DNA of 63,284 nucleotides, counting the filler, from Candidatus Rokuibacteriota bacterium (lineage in GTDB: Bacteria > JAUVQV01 > DATDCY01): the NCBI GenBank assembly GCA_031406795.1. It is 7 parts of 7 records of this genome, joined end to end, with 100 filler letters (N's around TTAATTAATTAA, not from the genome) between each part and the next. Parts side by side here need not be neighbours in the genome. Positions count along the whole stretch, not along the records: positions 42,217 to 56,096 come from JANOHV010000019.1; positions 56,197 to 63,284 come from JANOHV010000095.1; 5 more parts are not named here. One strand, written 5' to 3'. Each line of letters opens with the position of its first letter. Position 1 is the stretch's first letter. The notes beneath the pieces were generated by a model. The model had not been told where the DNA came from, ran no database searches, and saw nothing but the letters and a program-made list of their open reading frames with translations. A program made the translations under genes and the position numbers. Below are positions 50,599 to 61,806 of this stretch, piece after piece.

Positions 50599-51662
50599 AT
50601 GATCCGGGTGCTCATCGTCGACGACCTGCGCGTGGCGCAGCAGTTGCTGACGCACATCCTCGGCTCCGACCCGGAGATCCAGGTGGTGGGGGTCGCCGAC
50701 AACGGCGAGGAGGCGCTGGAGGCCGTCGAGCGGTTGCGCCCGGATGTCGTGACGATGGACGTCCACCTGCCCGGGATGGATGGCTACGAGGCGACGCGCG
50801 CGATCATGGAGACGCTGCCGACGCCGATCGTCATCGTCAGCGGGAGCACCGACGTCAAGGATCAGGCCTCCACGTTCCGGCTCATTGAGGTGGGTGCCCT
50901 CGCAGCGCTCCGCCGGCCGCCGGGGGTCGCCGATCCAGAGTTCAAGGCTGCGGCCCGGGAGCTGATCCAGACCGTCAAGCTGATGTCCGAGATCAAGCTG
51001 GTCAGGCGGATGAGGAGAGCGGCGCCGGCGTCCATGGCGCAGACAGTCCCCCGGTCGACGGTACCGATCCAGGTCGTGGCGATCGGCGCCTCCACGGGAG
51101 GCCCCCAGGTTCTGCAGACGATCCTCTCCGGGCTGCCGCCGGGCTTCAGCGCCCCGGTCCTGATCGTCCAACACATCGCGAAGCAGTTCACGGAGGGTTT
51201 TGCGCAGTGGCTCTCCGGCGCCTCGCGCTTTCCGGTGCGGATCGCAGCCTCGGGGGAGGAGCTGCTGCCCGGGCGCGGCTACCTGGCGCCGGAGGGTTTT
51301 CACCTCGGGGTGGACGGCGGCCCGCGCATCGTGCTCAGCCAGGCCCCGCCCGACAACGGCCTGCGGCCCTCCGTGCACCACCTCTTCCACTCCGTCGCGG
51401 CGGCCTGCGGGCCTCGCGCAATCGGCGTCCTGCTGACCGGCATGGGGCGGGACGGGGCCGCGGGGCTTGCCGAGCTTCGGCAGCGGGGCGCGATCACGAT
51501 CGCCCAGGACGAGGCCAGCTCCGTCATCTTCGGCATGCCGGGGGAAGCGGTCAAGCTCGGTGCGGCACACCACGTGCTGCCTCCCGAGGGTATCGTCGCG
51601 TTGCTGGCGGCACTGGTCGGGGCGAAGCCCCCTGTTACCGATCTTAATTCTTACCGGCAAGA

Positions 51663-51666
<4 letters not shown>
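50599..51666 (+). CDS. cheB: CheB methylesterase
   Basis: REC VLIVDD..MDVHLP; GASTGG, VQHI, GMGRDG. Confidence 0.95.
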
Positions 51667-52853
<1,187 letters not shown>

Positions 52854-52863
52854 TGGGAGGCGA

Positions 52864-55470
52864 GTGCCGGTGAGCATGCGAGCCGCGGACGACGCTCAGG
52901 GTCCCGCTGAACTGCGGGCCACGAGAGAGCATGAAGGCGCGGTGCGAATTCTCATCGCGGAGGACAGCCCGACCCAGGCCGAGAAGTTGCGGTACATCCT
53001 GCAGCGGCACGGCTACGAGGTGGCCGCCGCCGGGAACGGCGTCACGGCCCTGGCGCTGCTGGCCGAGAACAAACCCGACCTGGTCCTCAGCGACATCGTC
53101 ATGCCGGAGATGGACGGGTACGAGCTCTGCCGGCGCATCCGCGCCACTGCCGGCCTGGCCGACTTGCCGGTGGTGCTGCTGACCTCCCTCGCCGAAACGG
53201 CGGACGTGCTCGAAGGTCTGGCGTGCGGCGCCGACAGCTTCATCACCAAGCCCTACAGCGAGAACTACCTGTTGGCACAGGTCGCCCAGATGCTTTCCGA
53301 CAATCGACGAACCGGCGGCGCCGGTTCGACCATCAACGTGGAAGTCGTTTTGTCGGGGAAGAAGCGCATCATCACCACGGATCAGAAGAGACTGGTCACC
53401 CTGCTGATCTCGACGTACGAAGCGGCGGTCCGGAGAAACAGCGAGCTGACACGGACGCAGGACGAGCTGAGCCTGCTGAACGAACGGCTGGAGGACCTGG
53501 TGGCCGAACGGACGTTCGCCCTGTCGTCTGAGATCGCCGTGCGCAGTCAGACCGAGGTCCGGCTGCGGGAGAGCGAGGCGCGCTATCGGGCGCTTTTCGA
53601 AAACACCGTGGACGCGGTGCTGCTCACGGACCCAGACGGCAGCATTCTGTCCGCCAACCCCGCGGCGTACGCCATGTTCGGCTGGACCGAAGAGGAGATG
53701 CGCGCGCTCGGCCACGCTGCCCTTCTCGACGCCGGCGACCCCCGCCTGCCGAAGCTGCTGGAGGAGCGGGCCCGCACGGGAAGGGCAACCGGCGAACTGA
53801 GCTTCGTCAGAAAGGACGGCTCTCCGTTTCCGGGCGAAGTCGCCTCCCTCCTTTTCAAAGACGCGGCGGGCGCCGAGCGGACGAGCCTGATAATTCGGGA
53901 CATCACCGGCCGTCTTCGGGAGGCGCAGGAGAAGGCCAGGCTGGAAGATCAGCTGCGTCAGACCCAAAAGGTCGAGGCGATCGGCAGCCTCGCGGGAGGC
54001 ATCGCGCACGACTTCAACAACCTCACGTCGATCGTCCTCGGCTACGGGGAGCAGCTCCTCGGCCAGCTCTCCCCCGGGGATCCGGCGCGCAGGAGCGTCG
54101 AGCAAATCATCGCGGCCGGGCGGCGCTCGGCAGCGCTGACCCGCCAGCTCCTCGCCTTCAGCCGCAAGCAGACGCTCCAGCCCGAGGTGCTGGACCTCAA
54201 CGCCCTGCTTCGGAACCTCGACACGATGCTCGGCCGGATCATCGGGGAGAACATCGAGCTGGACGTCAGGCTGGCCGCGGACCCGGGCCGCGTCGTGGCC
54301 GATCCGGGACAGCTCGAACAGGTGGTCACGAACCTCGTCGTCAATGCCCGCGACGCCATGCCCGGGGGCGGTAGGCTGACTGTCGAGACCGCCGGCGTCG
54401 ACCTCGACGAAGGGTTCGCGCGGGACCACGCGGGCGTTGTTCCCGGCCCGTACGTGCTGCTCGCCATTTCCGACAACGGGAGCGGCATGGATGAAGCGAC
54501 CATGGCCCGGCTCTTCGAACCGTTCTTCACGACAAAGCCGAAGGGGAAGGGCACCGGCCTCGGCCTGGCCACGGCATCCGGGATCGTGAAACAGTCGGGG
54601 GGACACATCTCCGTCTCTTCGGTGCCGGGCGCGGGCACGACCTTCAGGATCTATCTGCCGCGGACCGCTGCGCTGCCGGAAGCGACGGTGGCCGAGACCG
54701 CCGGCGGGGCGCCCAGGGGCCGCGGCGAGCGGATTCTGCTGGTGGACGACGAGGCGCCGCTGCGGGAGATGTGCGCGGCCATGCTCTCGGGTCTCGGCTA
54801 CCGGGTGAGCGCCGCCGGCAGCGGCCAGGAGGCCCTTCAGCTCGTGATGGAGCAGGGATTGGAACCCGACCTCGTCGTCACCGATGTCGTGATGCCGGGG
54901 ATGAGCGGCGCGGAGCTGGCGCAGCGGCTCCGGGAACACCGGGCAGAACTCAATGTCCTCTATATGTCCGGGTACCCCGACGACGCCATCGCCCCCCACG
55001 GCGTTCTCGACCCGGGTACACAATTCATCCCCAAACCCTTCACGGAGCGGGCGCTGGCGGTGAAGGTGCAGGAGGCGCTCGCGGTGAGGGAGACCGCCGC
55101 GCGTCCGGGCAGGCGCGTGCTGATGATCGACGACGACGAGCAGTTCCGTGAGCTGATGGAGATCTTCTGCGCGAAGGGGGGCCACGTCTTTGCGGGCGTG
55201 GATTCCGCCGCGGCGGCGCTTGCGGCCCTCGCCGCGCAGCCCTTCGACGTGCTGCTGGTCGACGTGAACATCCCGGGCACGAGCGGGGAACTGGTCTTGC
55301 GGGAGATCCGCGCCGCGGGCTGCGTCGCGCCTGCGATCATGCTGACCGCGGACGCGGAGGCGGTGGACCTGGAGCTGCTGCGCCCGCTCGGAGTGGTGGC
55401 GTCCCTGCAGAAATCCAGCAGTGCGGAACCGTTGCTGCGGGCAATAGAGTCGGCGGGGGCCCGCCCATGA
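52864..55470 (+). CDS. Hybrid kinase REC-PAS-HisKA-HATPase-REC-REC
   Basis: GIAHDFNN, NLVVNARDAM, FEPFFTTK, GTGLGL; three receiver domains; start uncertain. Confidence 0.92.
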   Translation: MPVSMRAADDAQGPAELRATREHEGAVRILIAEDSPTQAEKLRYILQRHGYEVAAAGNGVTALALLAENKPDLVLSDIVMPEMDGYELCRRIRATAGLADLPVVLLTSLAETADVLEGLACGADSFITKPYSENYLLAQVAQMLSDNRRTGGAGSTINVEVVLSGKKRIITTDQKRLVTLLISTYEAAVRRNSELTRTQDELSLLNERLEDLVAERTFALSSEIAVRSQTEVRLRESEARYRALFENTVDAVLLTDPDGSILSANPAAYAMFGWTEEEMRALGHAALLDAGDPRLPKLLEERARTGRATGELSFVRKDGSPFPGEVASLLFKDAAGAERTSLIIRDITGRLREAQEKARLEDQLRQTQKVEAIGSLAGGIAHDFNNLTSIVLGYGEQLLGQLSPGDPARRSVEQIIAAGRRSAALTRQLLAFSRKQTLQPEVLDLNALLRNLDTMLGRIIGENIELDVRLAADPGRVVADPGQLEQVVTNLVVNARDAMPGGGRLTVETAGVDLDEGFARDHAGVVPGPYVLLAISDNGSGMDEATMARLFEPFFTTKPKGKGTGLGLATASGIVKQSGGHISVSSVPGAGTTFRIYLPRTAALPEATVAETAGGAPRGRGERILLVDDEAPLREMCAAMLSGLGYRVSAAGSGQEALQLVMEQGLEPDLVVTDVVMPGMSGAELAQRLREHRAELNVLYMSGYPDDAIAPHGVLDPGTQFIPKPFTERALAVKVQEALAVRETAARPGRRVLMIDDDEQFRELMEIFCAKGGHVFAGVDSAAAALAALAAQPFDVLLVDVNIPGTSGELVLREIRAAGCVAPAIMLTADAEAVDLELLRPLGVVASLQKSSSAEPLLRAIESAGARP

Positions 55471-55533
55471 GGAACGGAGCGCTCTAGAGCCCGCTTCTCG
55501 CATGGGCTGTGCCCGGAGTGCCTGCCCAGGTAC

Positions 55534-56096
55534 TTCGAGAACATGGGCGCCCAGCTCGTGCGCGAAGTCGCCTCCAAGACCTCCGACGTGGCGGGTGACG
55601 GTACCACGACCGCGACCGTTCTGGCCCAGGCGATTTACGCCGAGGGGATCAAGAACGTCACCGCCGACGCGAACCCGATGGACCTCAAGCGCGGGATCGA
55701 CCATGCGGTCGGGGCCGTCGTGAAGCAGCTCAAGAAATTGTCCATATGGAGAAGGTCGGCAAGGATGGCGTGATCACGGTCGAAGAGGCCAAGGGCACGG
55801 AGACCAACCTCGAAGTGGTCGAGGGGATGCAGTTCGACCGCGGCTGCCTGAGCCCCTACTTCGTGACCAAGCCCGAGCGGATGGAGGCCATCCTCGAGGA
55901 CTGCTACATCCTGAACAACGAGAAGAAGAGAAGGGCGGCCGCCCACCGCTTCAACGCGGCGACCGAGGAATACATGGACATGATCGAGGCCGGGATCATC
56001 GACCCGACCAAGGTCACCCGGACTGCTCTGCAGAACGCGGCGTCGATCGCCGGCCTGATGATCACGACCGAGTGCGTGATCGCCGACAAGCCCGAG
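55534..56096 (+). pseudogene. groEL: Fragmented chaperonin GroEL
   Basis: [24 protein letters not shown] | [25 protein letters not shown] | [18 protein letters not shown]; two internal deletions, no start. Confidence 0.9.
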
Positions 56097-56196
56097 NNNN
56101 NNNNNNNNNNNNNNNNNNNNNNNNNNNNNNNNNNNNNNNNTTAATTAATTAANNNNNNNNNNNNNNNNNNNNNNNNNNNNNNNNNNNNNNNNNNNN
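56097..56196. other. Artificial contig spacer
   Basis: N + TTAATTAATTAA + N. Confidence 0.99.
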
Positions 56197-56394
56197 GTTG
56201 GCTTCGGATCGGCCGGTCCCGGGCGAGCGTTCCGGGGAACGCGCCTCCTAGCGGCTGCGCCTCACCGTCCTCGATCCGCTCTGCCCCGTCGTCAGGAGCG
56301 GTGTCCTGGCACACCGTCATTTCGCACGCGCTTCATCGCGTTCTCATCACCGGCTGGCATCTTCCGGGACAAATCACAACCGAGGAGGTGCATC

Positions 56395-56787
56395 GTGCAG
56401 CTGGTTGCGGGGAAGTCCCTCACGAAGGTCAGGTCGCGTCTGGAGGAAGAACAGGCCAGCAAGCTGCGCAAAGCGGCAGTTCTTGCACGGTGCCGGGGCT
56501 CCCTGGGGCACGTCCCGGAACCGCTCGTCGGCGACGAAGCCGACCTGGCGGTCGTTTCCATCGAGGAGCAGCTGGAGCACCTTGAGCTGCGACGGATCTC
56601 CTCATCCGTGCGCTCGATCGAGGCGGCCCTGTTGACTATGGAGCTCGGGCGCTACGGGGTCTGCCTCCGCTGCGACCTGCCGATCCCCTCCCGTCGTCTC
56701 AAGGCGCTCCCATCGGCGATCCTCTGCCGCGAGTGCCAGGAGGGGGCGGAGGCGGTGCGGACAGAGCGGGCCGGGTGTTGTGCCTGA
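56395..56787 (+). CDS. TraR/DksA C4 zinc-finger protein
   Basis: GDEADLA..IEAAL..GRYGVCLRC..IP..RL.ALP...LCRECQ; SD GAGGAGG. Confidence 0.88.
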   Translation: MQLVAGKSLTKVRSRLEEEQASKLRKAAVLARCRGSLGHVPEPLVGDEADLAVVSIEEQLEHLELRRISSSVRSIEAALLTMELGRYGVCLRCDLPIPSRRLKALPSAILCRECQEGAEAVRTERAGCCA

Positions 56788-57818
56788 TCACCCCGGCACA
56801 GCCCGGGGAGCCCGGCGAGGTCGGGGTCCGACTCTGTCGGGCCGCCGAGAAGCCACGACGTCGCTTCTCCAGCCCCTACTCGTGGGCGGATAACCTCGAC
56901 TGGCTCCGGCATTACCTCTTCGGCCCGGCCGGAAAGCCGGTCGGCCGCATGGGTTTTCTGCCGCAGACGACTCAGCTCGAGTCGCTATCCCCGGAGCTCA
57001 CCATCGCCTTCCTCGGCGATGTCATGCCGCCGCGCGGGCGGGGGCTCAGGGTGGGAGAAGGCCTCCGGGAGTTCCTCGGGGGAGTCGACCGGCTGGTGCT
57101 CAATCTCGAAGGAGTGATCAGCCGGGACCGCCGGGCATGGAACGGGCTGCGCCACGACCCTGCCATCATGACCTTCCTGGAGAGCCTCTTTCCCGCCGCG
57201 CGAACGATCGTCTGCTGTGCCAACAACCATGCGGCCGACTGCGGCTGGAGCGAATTCAAACGCTCCTGCGACTTGCTTGAGGGACGCGGGTTCACCGTCA
57301 TCGGCAGCCGGGACCGTCCCGCGACGCTGCTGGATGGTCAGGTGCGCGTCGCCGCCTGCACGGCCTGGTCGAATCAGCGCGCCGACTACCTCGCACGCCT
57401 GGTCCAGACCGACGTGGCGGGGTCTCCGGCGGCTTTCTCCATCCTTTTCCCGCACTGGGGGCACGAGTTTCACCTCTACCCGAGTCGGCGGCAGACGAGG
57501 CAGGCGACACGACTGCTCCGGCGCTGGGACATGATCGTGGGCCACCACCCGCACTGTCCGCAGCCAGTCACCGTGCACCGGGGACGGCTCGTCGCCTACT
57601 CGCTGGGCGATCTTGTCTTCGGGACCGGGGACCGCCGCTTCGACCACGGTGTCGCCCTCCGGGTTGCGATCGGAAGGACGCCGGATGGCGCGCGGCGGGC
57701 CGGCCGCGTCGACTGGCGGTTCACGCGCCAGCGTCCCTTCGGCCGGAACGATCTGATGATCGACACGGCGCGCGACTGCCGGCTGTTCCCCGGAAGCGCT
57801 TCCGGGGGCATGGCGTAA
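56775..57818 (+). CDS. CapA/PGA_cap-like metallophosphoesterase
   Basis: GDVM, NLEG, ANNH..D, HWG.E, GHHPH..Q, YSLG; start uncertain. Confidence 0.85.
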   Translation: MLCLITPAQPGEPGEVGVRLCRAAEKPRRRFSSPYSWADNLDWLRHYLFGPAGKPVGRMGFLPQTTQLESLSPELTIAFLGDVMPPRGRGLRVGEGLREFLGGVDRLVLNLEGVISRDRRAWNGLRHDPAIMTFLESLFPAARTIVCCANNHAADCGWSEFKRSCDLLEGRGFTVIGSRDRPATLLDGQVRVAACTAWSNQRADYLARLVQTDVAGSPAAFSILFPHWGHEFHLYPSRRQTRQATRLLRRWDMIVGHHPHCPQPVTVHRGRLVAYSLGDLVFGTGDRRFDHGVALRVAIGRTPDGARRAGRVDWRFTRQRPFGRNDLMIDTARDCRLFPGSASGGMA

Positions 57819-57929
57819 GCCGGCCGGCGGCAAGATTAAAGCAATTTTCGCGCGTATTGTCGCGGCGGACGGGACCGCCCTCTGCGAATGCACCCGGCCC
57901 CAGCCCCGTCCCTGCAGTCTGTCCGAAAC

Positions 57930-57957
57930 ATTACCCGGCTCTAACAGCGAACTCACA
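57930..57957 (+). promoter_or_regulatory. Candidate Pho-box-like 11-bp direct repeats
   Basis: TTACC, TAACA and TCACA half-sites at 57931, 57942 and 57953. Confidence 0.4.
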
Positions 57958-58001
57958 AGGCGGGCCGATCCTTGAAACGGATCTGGAACTGAAAGGACGA
58001 A

Positions 58002-59219
58002 ATGGTGCTGGCAGCGCTCGATGTCACTGCGGTCGCGGAACCGCAAGCCGTAAGGGGCCTGGTCATGGCCGTGCCGTTCGTTGCCCCCGACGTGCCGGTA
58101 GCCGACGTCGCGGACCGGTTCTTCAAGGAGGAGACGCTTGACGCGCTCGCCGTGGTGGAGGCGGGGCGCCCCGCCGGGCTCCTCACCCGGTCGAAGCTGC
58201 TTGCGACCGTGTTCCAGCCATTTGGCTTCGCGCTGTTCGGCCGCAAGCCCGTGACCGCCGTCGTCGACAGCGCGCCCTTGATCGTCGAGGAATCGCTGCC
58301 GCTCGACGCCGCAATGGAGCTCGCCTTGCGGCGGCCCCCGGCGAACGTGTACGACGAGATCGTCGTCATCGACAGCGACGGCCGGTACTGCGGGCTCCTC
58401 TCCGTCAGGCAGCTGGTGATCCAGCAGAGCCGGGCGCTCGCGAACGCCATGATGCGCGAGGAACTCACGCTGGCCCGCGCCGCGGAACTCGAGGCGATGG
58501 GTCGCATCAAGTCCCAGTTCGTCGCAAATGTCACTCACGAGCTGCGCTCGCCGGTCAATGCCATCATTGGCCTGGCCGAACTGCTGCGGGACGCCTGCGA
58601 CAAGGGGTACCTCGGGCAGGCCAGGGACCGTCTCGCCCTGATGCTCTCGAGCGCGATGCACCTGCGCTCGATCGTCACGAACATCCTCGACTTGTCCAAG
58701 CTCGAAGCGGGACGGATGGAGGTCATCGCCGAATCATTCGCGCTCGCCGAAGTCCTCGCTGAGGTCGCCGACACGACCCGCGTGCTCCTCGGCTCGAAGC
58801 CGGTGACCGTGGAAGACGGCGTCGACGGCCCCTTGTCCGTCGCCGAAACCGACCCGGTCAAGGTGCGCCAGGTGCTGCTCAACCTGGCGGCGAACTCGGC
58901 GAAGTTCACCGAGGTCGGGCGGATCACCATCCGCGCCACCGTGGCGGACGACGACTTCGAGGTCATTGTCTCCGACACCGGCTGCGGCATCGTCCCGGAG
59001 GACCTGGGACGGATCTATGAGGCCTTCACCCAGCTCGAAGACGCACACACGAAGCGCGCAGTCGGCACCGGGCTCGGCCTCGCCATCACGCAGAGTCTCA
59101 TCGCCCTTCTCGGCGGGTCCATAACCGCCGCGAGCACCTACGGTGATGGCTCGGCATTCACCATCCGCTTTCCGGTGCGGTACATCCCGCCGGAGGAAGA
59201 AGAGGTTCGCCATGCCTGA
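58002..59219 (+). CDS. Cytoplasmic CBS-pair histidine kinase
   Basis: Two CBS-like repeats (AVVEAGRPAGLLTR; IVVIDSDGRYCGLLSVR); THELRSP; NLAANSAKFT; GTGLGL; no TM segment. Confidence 0.88.
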   Translation: MVLAALDVTAVAEPQAVRGLVMAVPFVAPDVPVADVADRFFKEETLDALAVVEAGRPAGLLTRSKLLATVFQPFGFALFGRKPVTAVVDSAPLIVEESLPLDAAMELALRRPPANVYDEIVVIDSDGRYCGLLSVRQLVIQQSRALANAMMREELTLARAAELEAMGRIKSQFVANVTHELRSPVNAIIGLAELLRDACDKGYLGQARDRLALMLSSAMHLRSIVTNILDLSKLEAGRMEVIAESFALAEVLAEVADTTRVLLGSKPVTVEDGVDGPLSVAETDPVKVRQVLLNLAANSAKFTEVGRITIRATVADDDFEVIVSDTGCGIVPEDLGRIYEAFTQLEDAHTKRAVGTGLGLAITQSLIALLGGSITAASTYGDGSAFTIRFPVRYIPPEEEEVRHA

Positions 59220-59583
59220 GACCGCCAAGACGGTTCTTGTCATCGACGACGACCCGCAACACCTCAGCGCCACCCACGACATCCTCAGTGCCGAGGGTTA
59301 CCAGGTGCTGACCCAGCAGCGGCCTTTCGGGGTCACCAATCTCATCGTACGCCACAAACCGGATCTGGTCCTGCTCGACGTGAACATGCCCGGTCTCTCC
59401 GGCGACGGCCTCGCCTTGATCCTCTCGGACAACCCCCTGTGCTCCGGTACTCCCGTCGTCTTCCACTCCTCGAACGACGAGGACTCGCTGCGGCTGCTCA
59501 CGCGCAAGCACGGGGCGCGGGGGTACATCTGCAAGGGCAATCCCCACGACCTGCGCCGAAAGGTGGCGGCCTTTGTCGCCTGA
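59212..59583 (+). CDS. Single-domain response regulator
   Basis: VLVIDDD, LLDVNMP, FHSS, YICK; overlaps the kinase stop. Confidence 0.92.
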   Translation: MPETAKTVLVIDDDPQHLSATHDILSAEGYQVLTQQRPFGVTNLIVRHKPDLVLLDVNMPGLSGDGLALILSDNPLCSGTPVVFHSSNDEDSLRLLTRKHGARGYICKGNPHDLRRKVAAFVA

Positions 59584-59700
59584 GGGAGGCGCGGGACCCC
59601 GACGGACGCCGCGAACTGAAAGCACACCGTCGGCTCACACTCCCCTGATCCCGGCCCTCGATGATGACCGTCACGGGGCGGACACCCCGGAGGAGACGAG

Positions 59701-60144
59701 ATGATCCAGCCAGCTGGCAAGTCACTCAAGGGTGAAGTCCTCGCCGTGCTGCCGGAGGCCTATCCGGAAGAGACGCAGCAGCTTCTCGAGGAGCTGGGGC
59801 CGGATGGCGTGGAGGTGACCCGCGCGCCCGCTCCCGCTCTCGTGATGATGGCCGCCCGCGACTGCTTCGGCACGCCGTTCCACCTCGGTGAGGTGCTGGT
59901 CACGACCGCCGCCGTGCAGCGCGATCGCCGGCCCGGGCACGGCACGATCCTCGGCGACGAGCCCGCGAAAGCCGTGCTGCTCGCCTGTCTGGACTTGCTC
60001 GATGAGCGCGAGCAACTGCTGGTGCGGGAGCGCCTCGCCCCGCACCTGGCGCGTCTCGCGCACCGTGCCGCGATGCGCCGCGGGCTGGCGGCCGGCATGA
60101 CGGGAAGCACCCGGGTCGACTTCCAAACCATGGCGGCGGAGTGA
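59701..60144 (+). CDS. phnG: C-P lyase subunit PhnG
   Basis: P..ALVM..ARD....FHLGEVLVT; STRVDF; first gene before phnH. Confidence 0.88.
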   Translation: MIQPAGKSLKGEVLAVLPEAYPEETQQLLEELGPDGVEVTRAPAPALVMMAARDCFGTPFHLGEVLVTTAAVQRDRRPGHGTILGDEPAKAVLLACLDLLDEREQLLVRERLAPHLARLAHRAAMRRGLAAGMTGSTRVDFQTMAAE

Positions 60145-60725
60145 ACGGGATGATGAACATCGCCCACGCACTGGACCAGAGGATCTTCAGGACGCTGCTC
60201 GACGCGTTGAGCGCCCCGGGCCGGCGTCTGCCGCTCCCCGGCCATGTGCTGCAGCGCACCCGCGTCCCCGCCGCGAGAGTCCTGGAGGTCCTCTTCGACC
60301 AGGACAGCACCTTCGCCGTGACGGGGCCGGGCGCCGCCGACCTGACCGAGGAGATACGACTCGCCACGGGCGCGCGCCCGGTTGCGGTGCCTGAAGCGGA
60401 CTTTCTCGTCGTGCTGGGGCCCTGGACGGACGGAGCGCTGCGGAGCGCACGTCGCGGCCGCCCGGAGAACCCCGAGGAGGGCGCGACGGTCTTTTATCTG
60501 CTCGATCGCCTTGGCGGCATCCCGCCCACGGCGTCCTTCAGCCTGCGGGGGCCGGGGATCAAGCCCGGCGTCGATCAGGCGCCGGAAATGCCGGGGCTGT
60601 TCCGAGACGAGCTGCGTCTTCTGGGCGAGGTGAACCGGGACTTCCCGCTCGGCGTGGATGCCTTCTTTCTGGATCGGGAGTCGGTCATGGCCGTGCCGCG
60701 GTCGGTCGGGCTCGTCGAGGCCTGA
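60141..60725 (+). CDS. phnH: C-P lyase subunit PhnH
   Basis: QRIFRTLLDALSAPG, G..ENPEEGAT, LRGPGI, FPLGVD. Confidence 0.92.
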   Translation: MNGMMNIAHALDQRIFRTLLDALSAPGRRLPLPGHVLQRTRVPAARVLEVLFDQDSTFAVTGPGAADLTEEIRLATGARPVAVPEADFLVVLGPWTDGALRSARRGRPENPEEGATVFYLLDRLGGIPPTASFSLRGPGIKPGVDQAPEMPGLFRDELRLLGEVNRDFPLGVDAFFLDRESVMAVPRSVGLVEA

Positions 60726-60726
60726 G

Positions 60727-61806
60727 TTGGCCTACGTCGCCGTCCGTGGCGGCCGCGAGGCCATCGAGAGCGCGGAGCGCTACCTGCAGTTCCAGCGCGA
60801 CCAGGGTCCCGCGCCGCCGCTCGAAGTCTCGCAGGTGGCGGCCCGGCTCCACCTCGCGGTCGATCGGGTCATGGGCGAGGGCTCGCTCTACGCCCCGGAC
60901 CTCGCCGCCCTGGCGCTCATCCAGTCCGCGGGCGACACCTTCGAGGCGGCGTTCGCCCTGCGCGCCCACCGGGCGACGCTTCCGCGCATCGCCGCCACGC
61001 CGGCGGAAGGAACCGGCTCGATGCGCGTCATTCGCCGCATCTCCTCAGCGTTCAAGGAGATCCCCGGCGGCCAGCACCTGGGGCCGACGGCCGACTACAC
61101 GCTGCGTCTGCTGGATTTCTCGCTGGTCGAGGAGGACCCGGCCGGCCGTGCCGCGCGGCTCGAAGCTTTCATGCGCGAGGCGGGGTCGGCGGCGCCTGCG
61201 CCCGAGACGTTCCCGAAGATGATCGACATCCTGCGGGCCGAGAACCTCCTCGCCGACGAGCCGGGCGCGGGGGAGGAGGCGCCGTTCGACGTCACGCGCG
61301 AGGCGCTGCGCTTCCCGGCGCCGCGCAGCGCGGTGCTCCAGACGCTCTCCCGGGGTGAGACCGGCGGGCTCCTCGCCCTGGCCTACTCCAACATGCGCGG
61401 CTACGGAGCGGTTCACCCGACGATCGGGGAGCTGCGCGTCGGGTTCCTCCCCCTGAGGGTGCCGCACCCGGTCACGGGCCGGATCGAGACCCTCGGCGAG
61501 GTGAAGGTCACCGAGGCGGAGATCATCTCCCAGTTCCCCGAGGCCGGCGCGGCTCCGCGGTTTCACCTCGGCTACGGCCTCTGCTTCGGCCACAACGAGA
61601 CCAAGGCGATCTCGATGGCCGTGCTCGACCGCGCGCTGCGCCAGCGGGGGAGCGCCCCGTCCGAGGACGCGGAGTTCGTGCTCTCGCACGTGGACGGCAT
61701 CGAGGCCATGGGGTTCGCCGGCCACTTCAAGCTTCCGCACTACGTCACGTTCCAGTCGTCGCTCGATCGGCTGAGAAAGATGCAGGGGCGCGATGCTGGC
61801 GCGTGA
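60727..61806 (+). CDS. phnI: C-P lyase subunit PhnI
   Basis: TTG start MAYVAVRGG; RRISSAFKEIPGGQ; HPTIGELR; H.DG.EA.GF..H.KLPHYV.FQS. Confidence 0.96.
   Translation: MAYVAVRGGREAIESAERYLQFQRDQGPAPPLEVSQVAARLHLAVDRVMGEGSLYAPDLAALALIQSAGDTFEAAFALRAHRATLPRIAATPAEGTGSMRVIRRISSAFKEIPGGQHLGPTADYTLRLLDFSLVEEDPAGRAARLEAFMREAGSAAPAPETFPKMIDILRAENLLADEPGAGEEAPFDVTREALRFPAPRSAVLQTLSRGETGGLLALAYSNMRGYGAVHPTIGELRVGFLPLRVPHPVTGRIETLGEVKVTEAEIISQFPEAGAAPRFHLGYGLCFGHNETKAISMAVLDRALRQRGSAPSEDAEFVLSHVDGIEAMGFAGHFKLPHYVTFQSSLDRLRKMQGRDAGA

Noticed and set aside
59660-59690. GTCAC-N6-GACAC upstream of phnG as a Pho box
   Set aside because: Only two weak half-sites with a GC-rich spacer, lying very close to the SD; chance occurrence is likely
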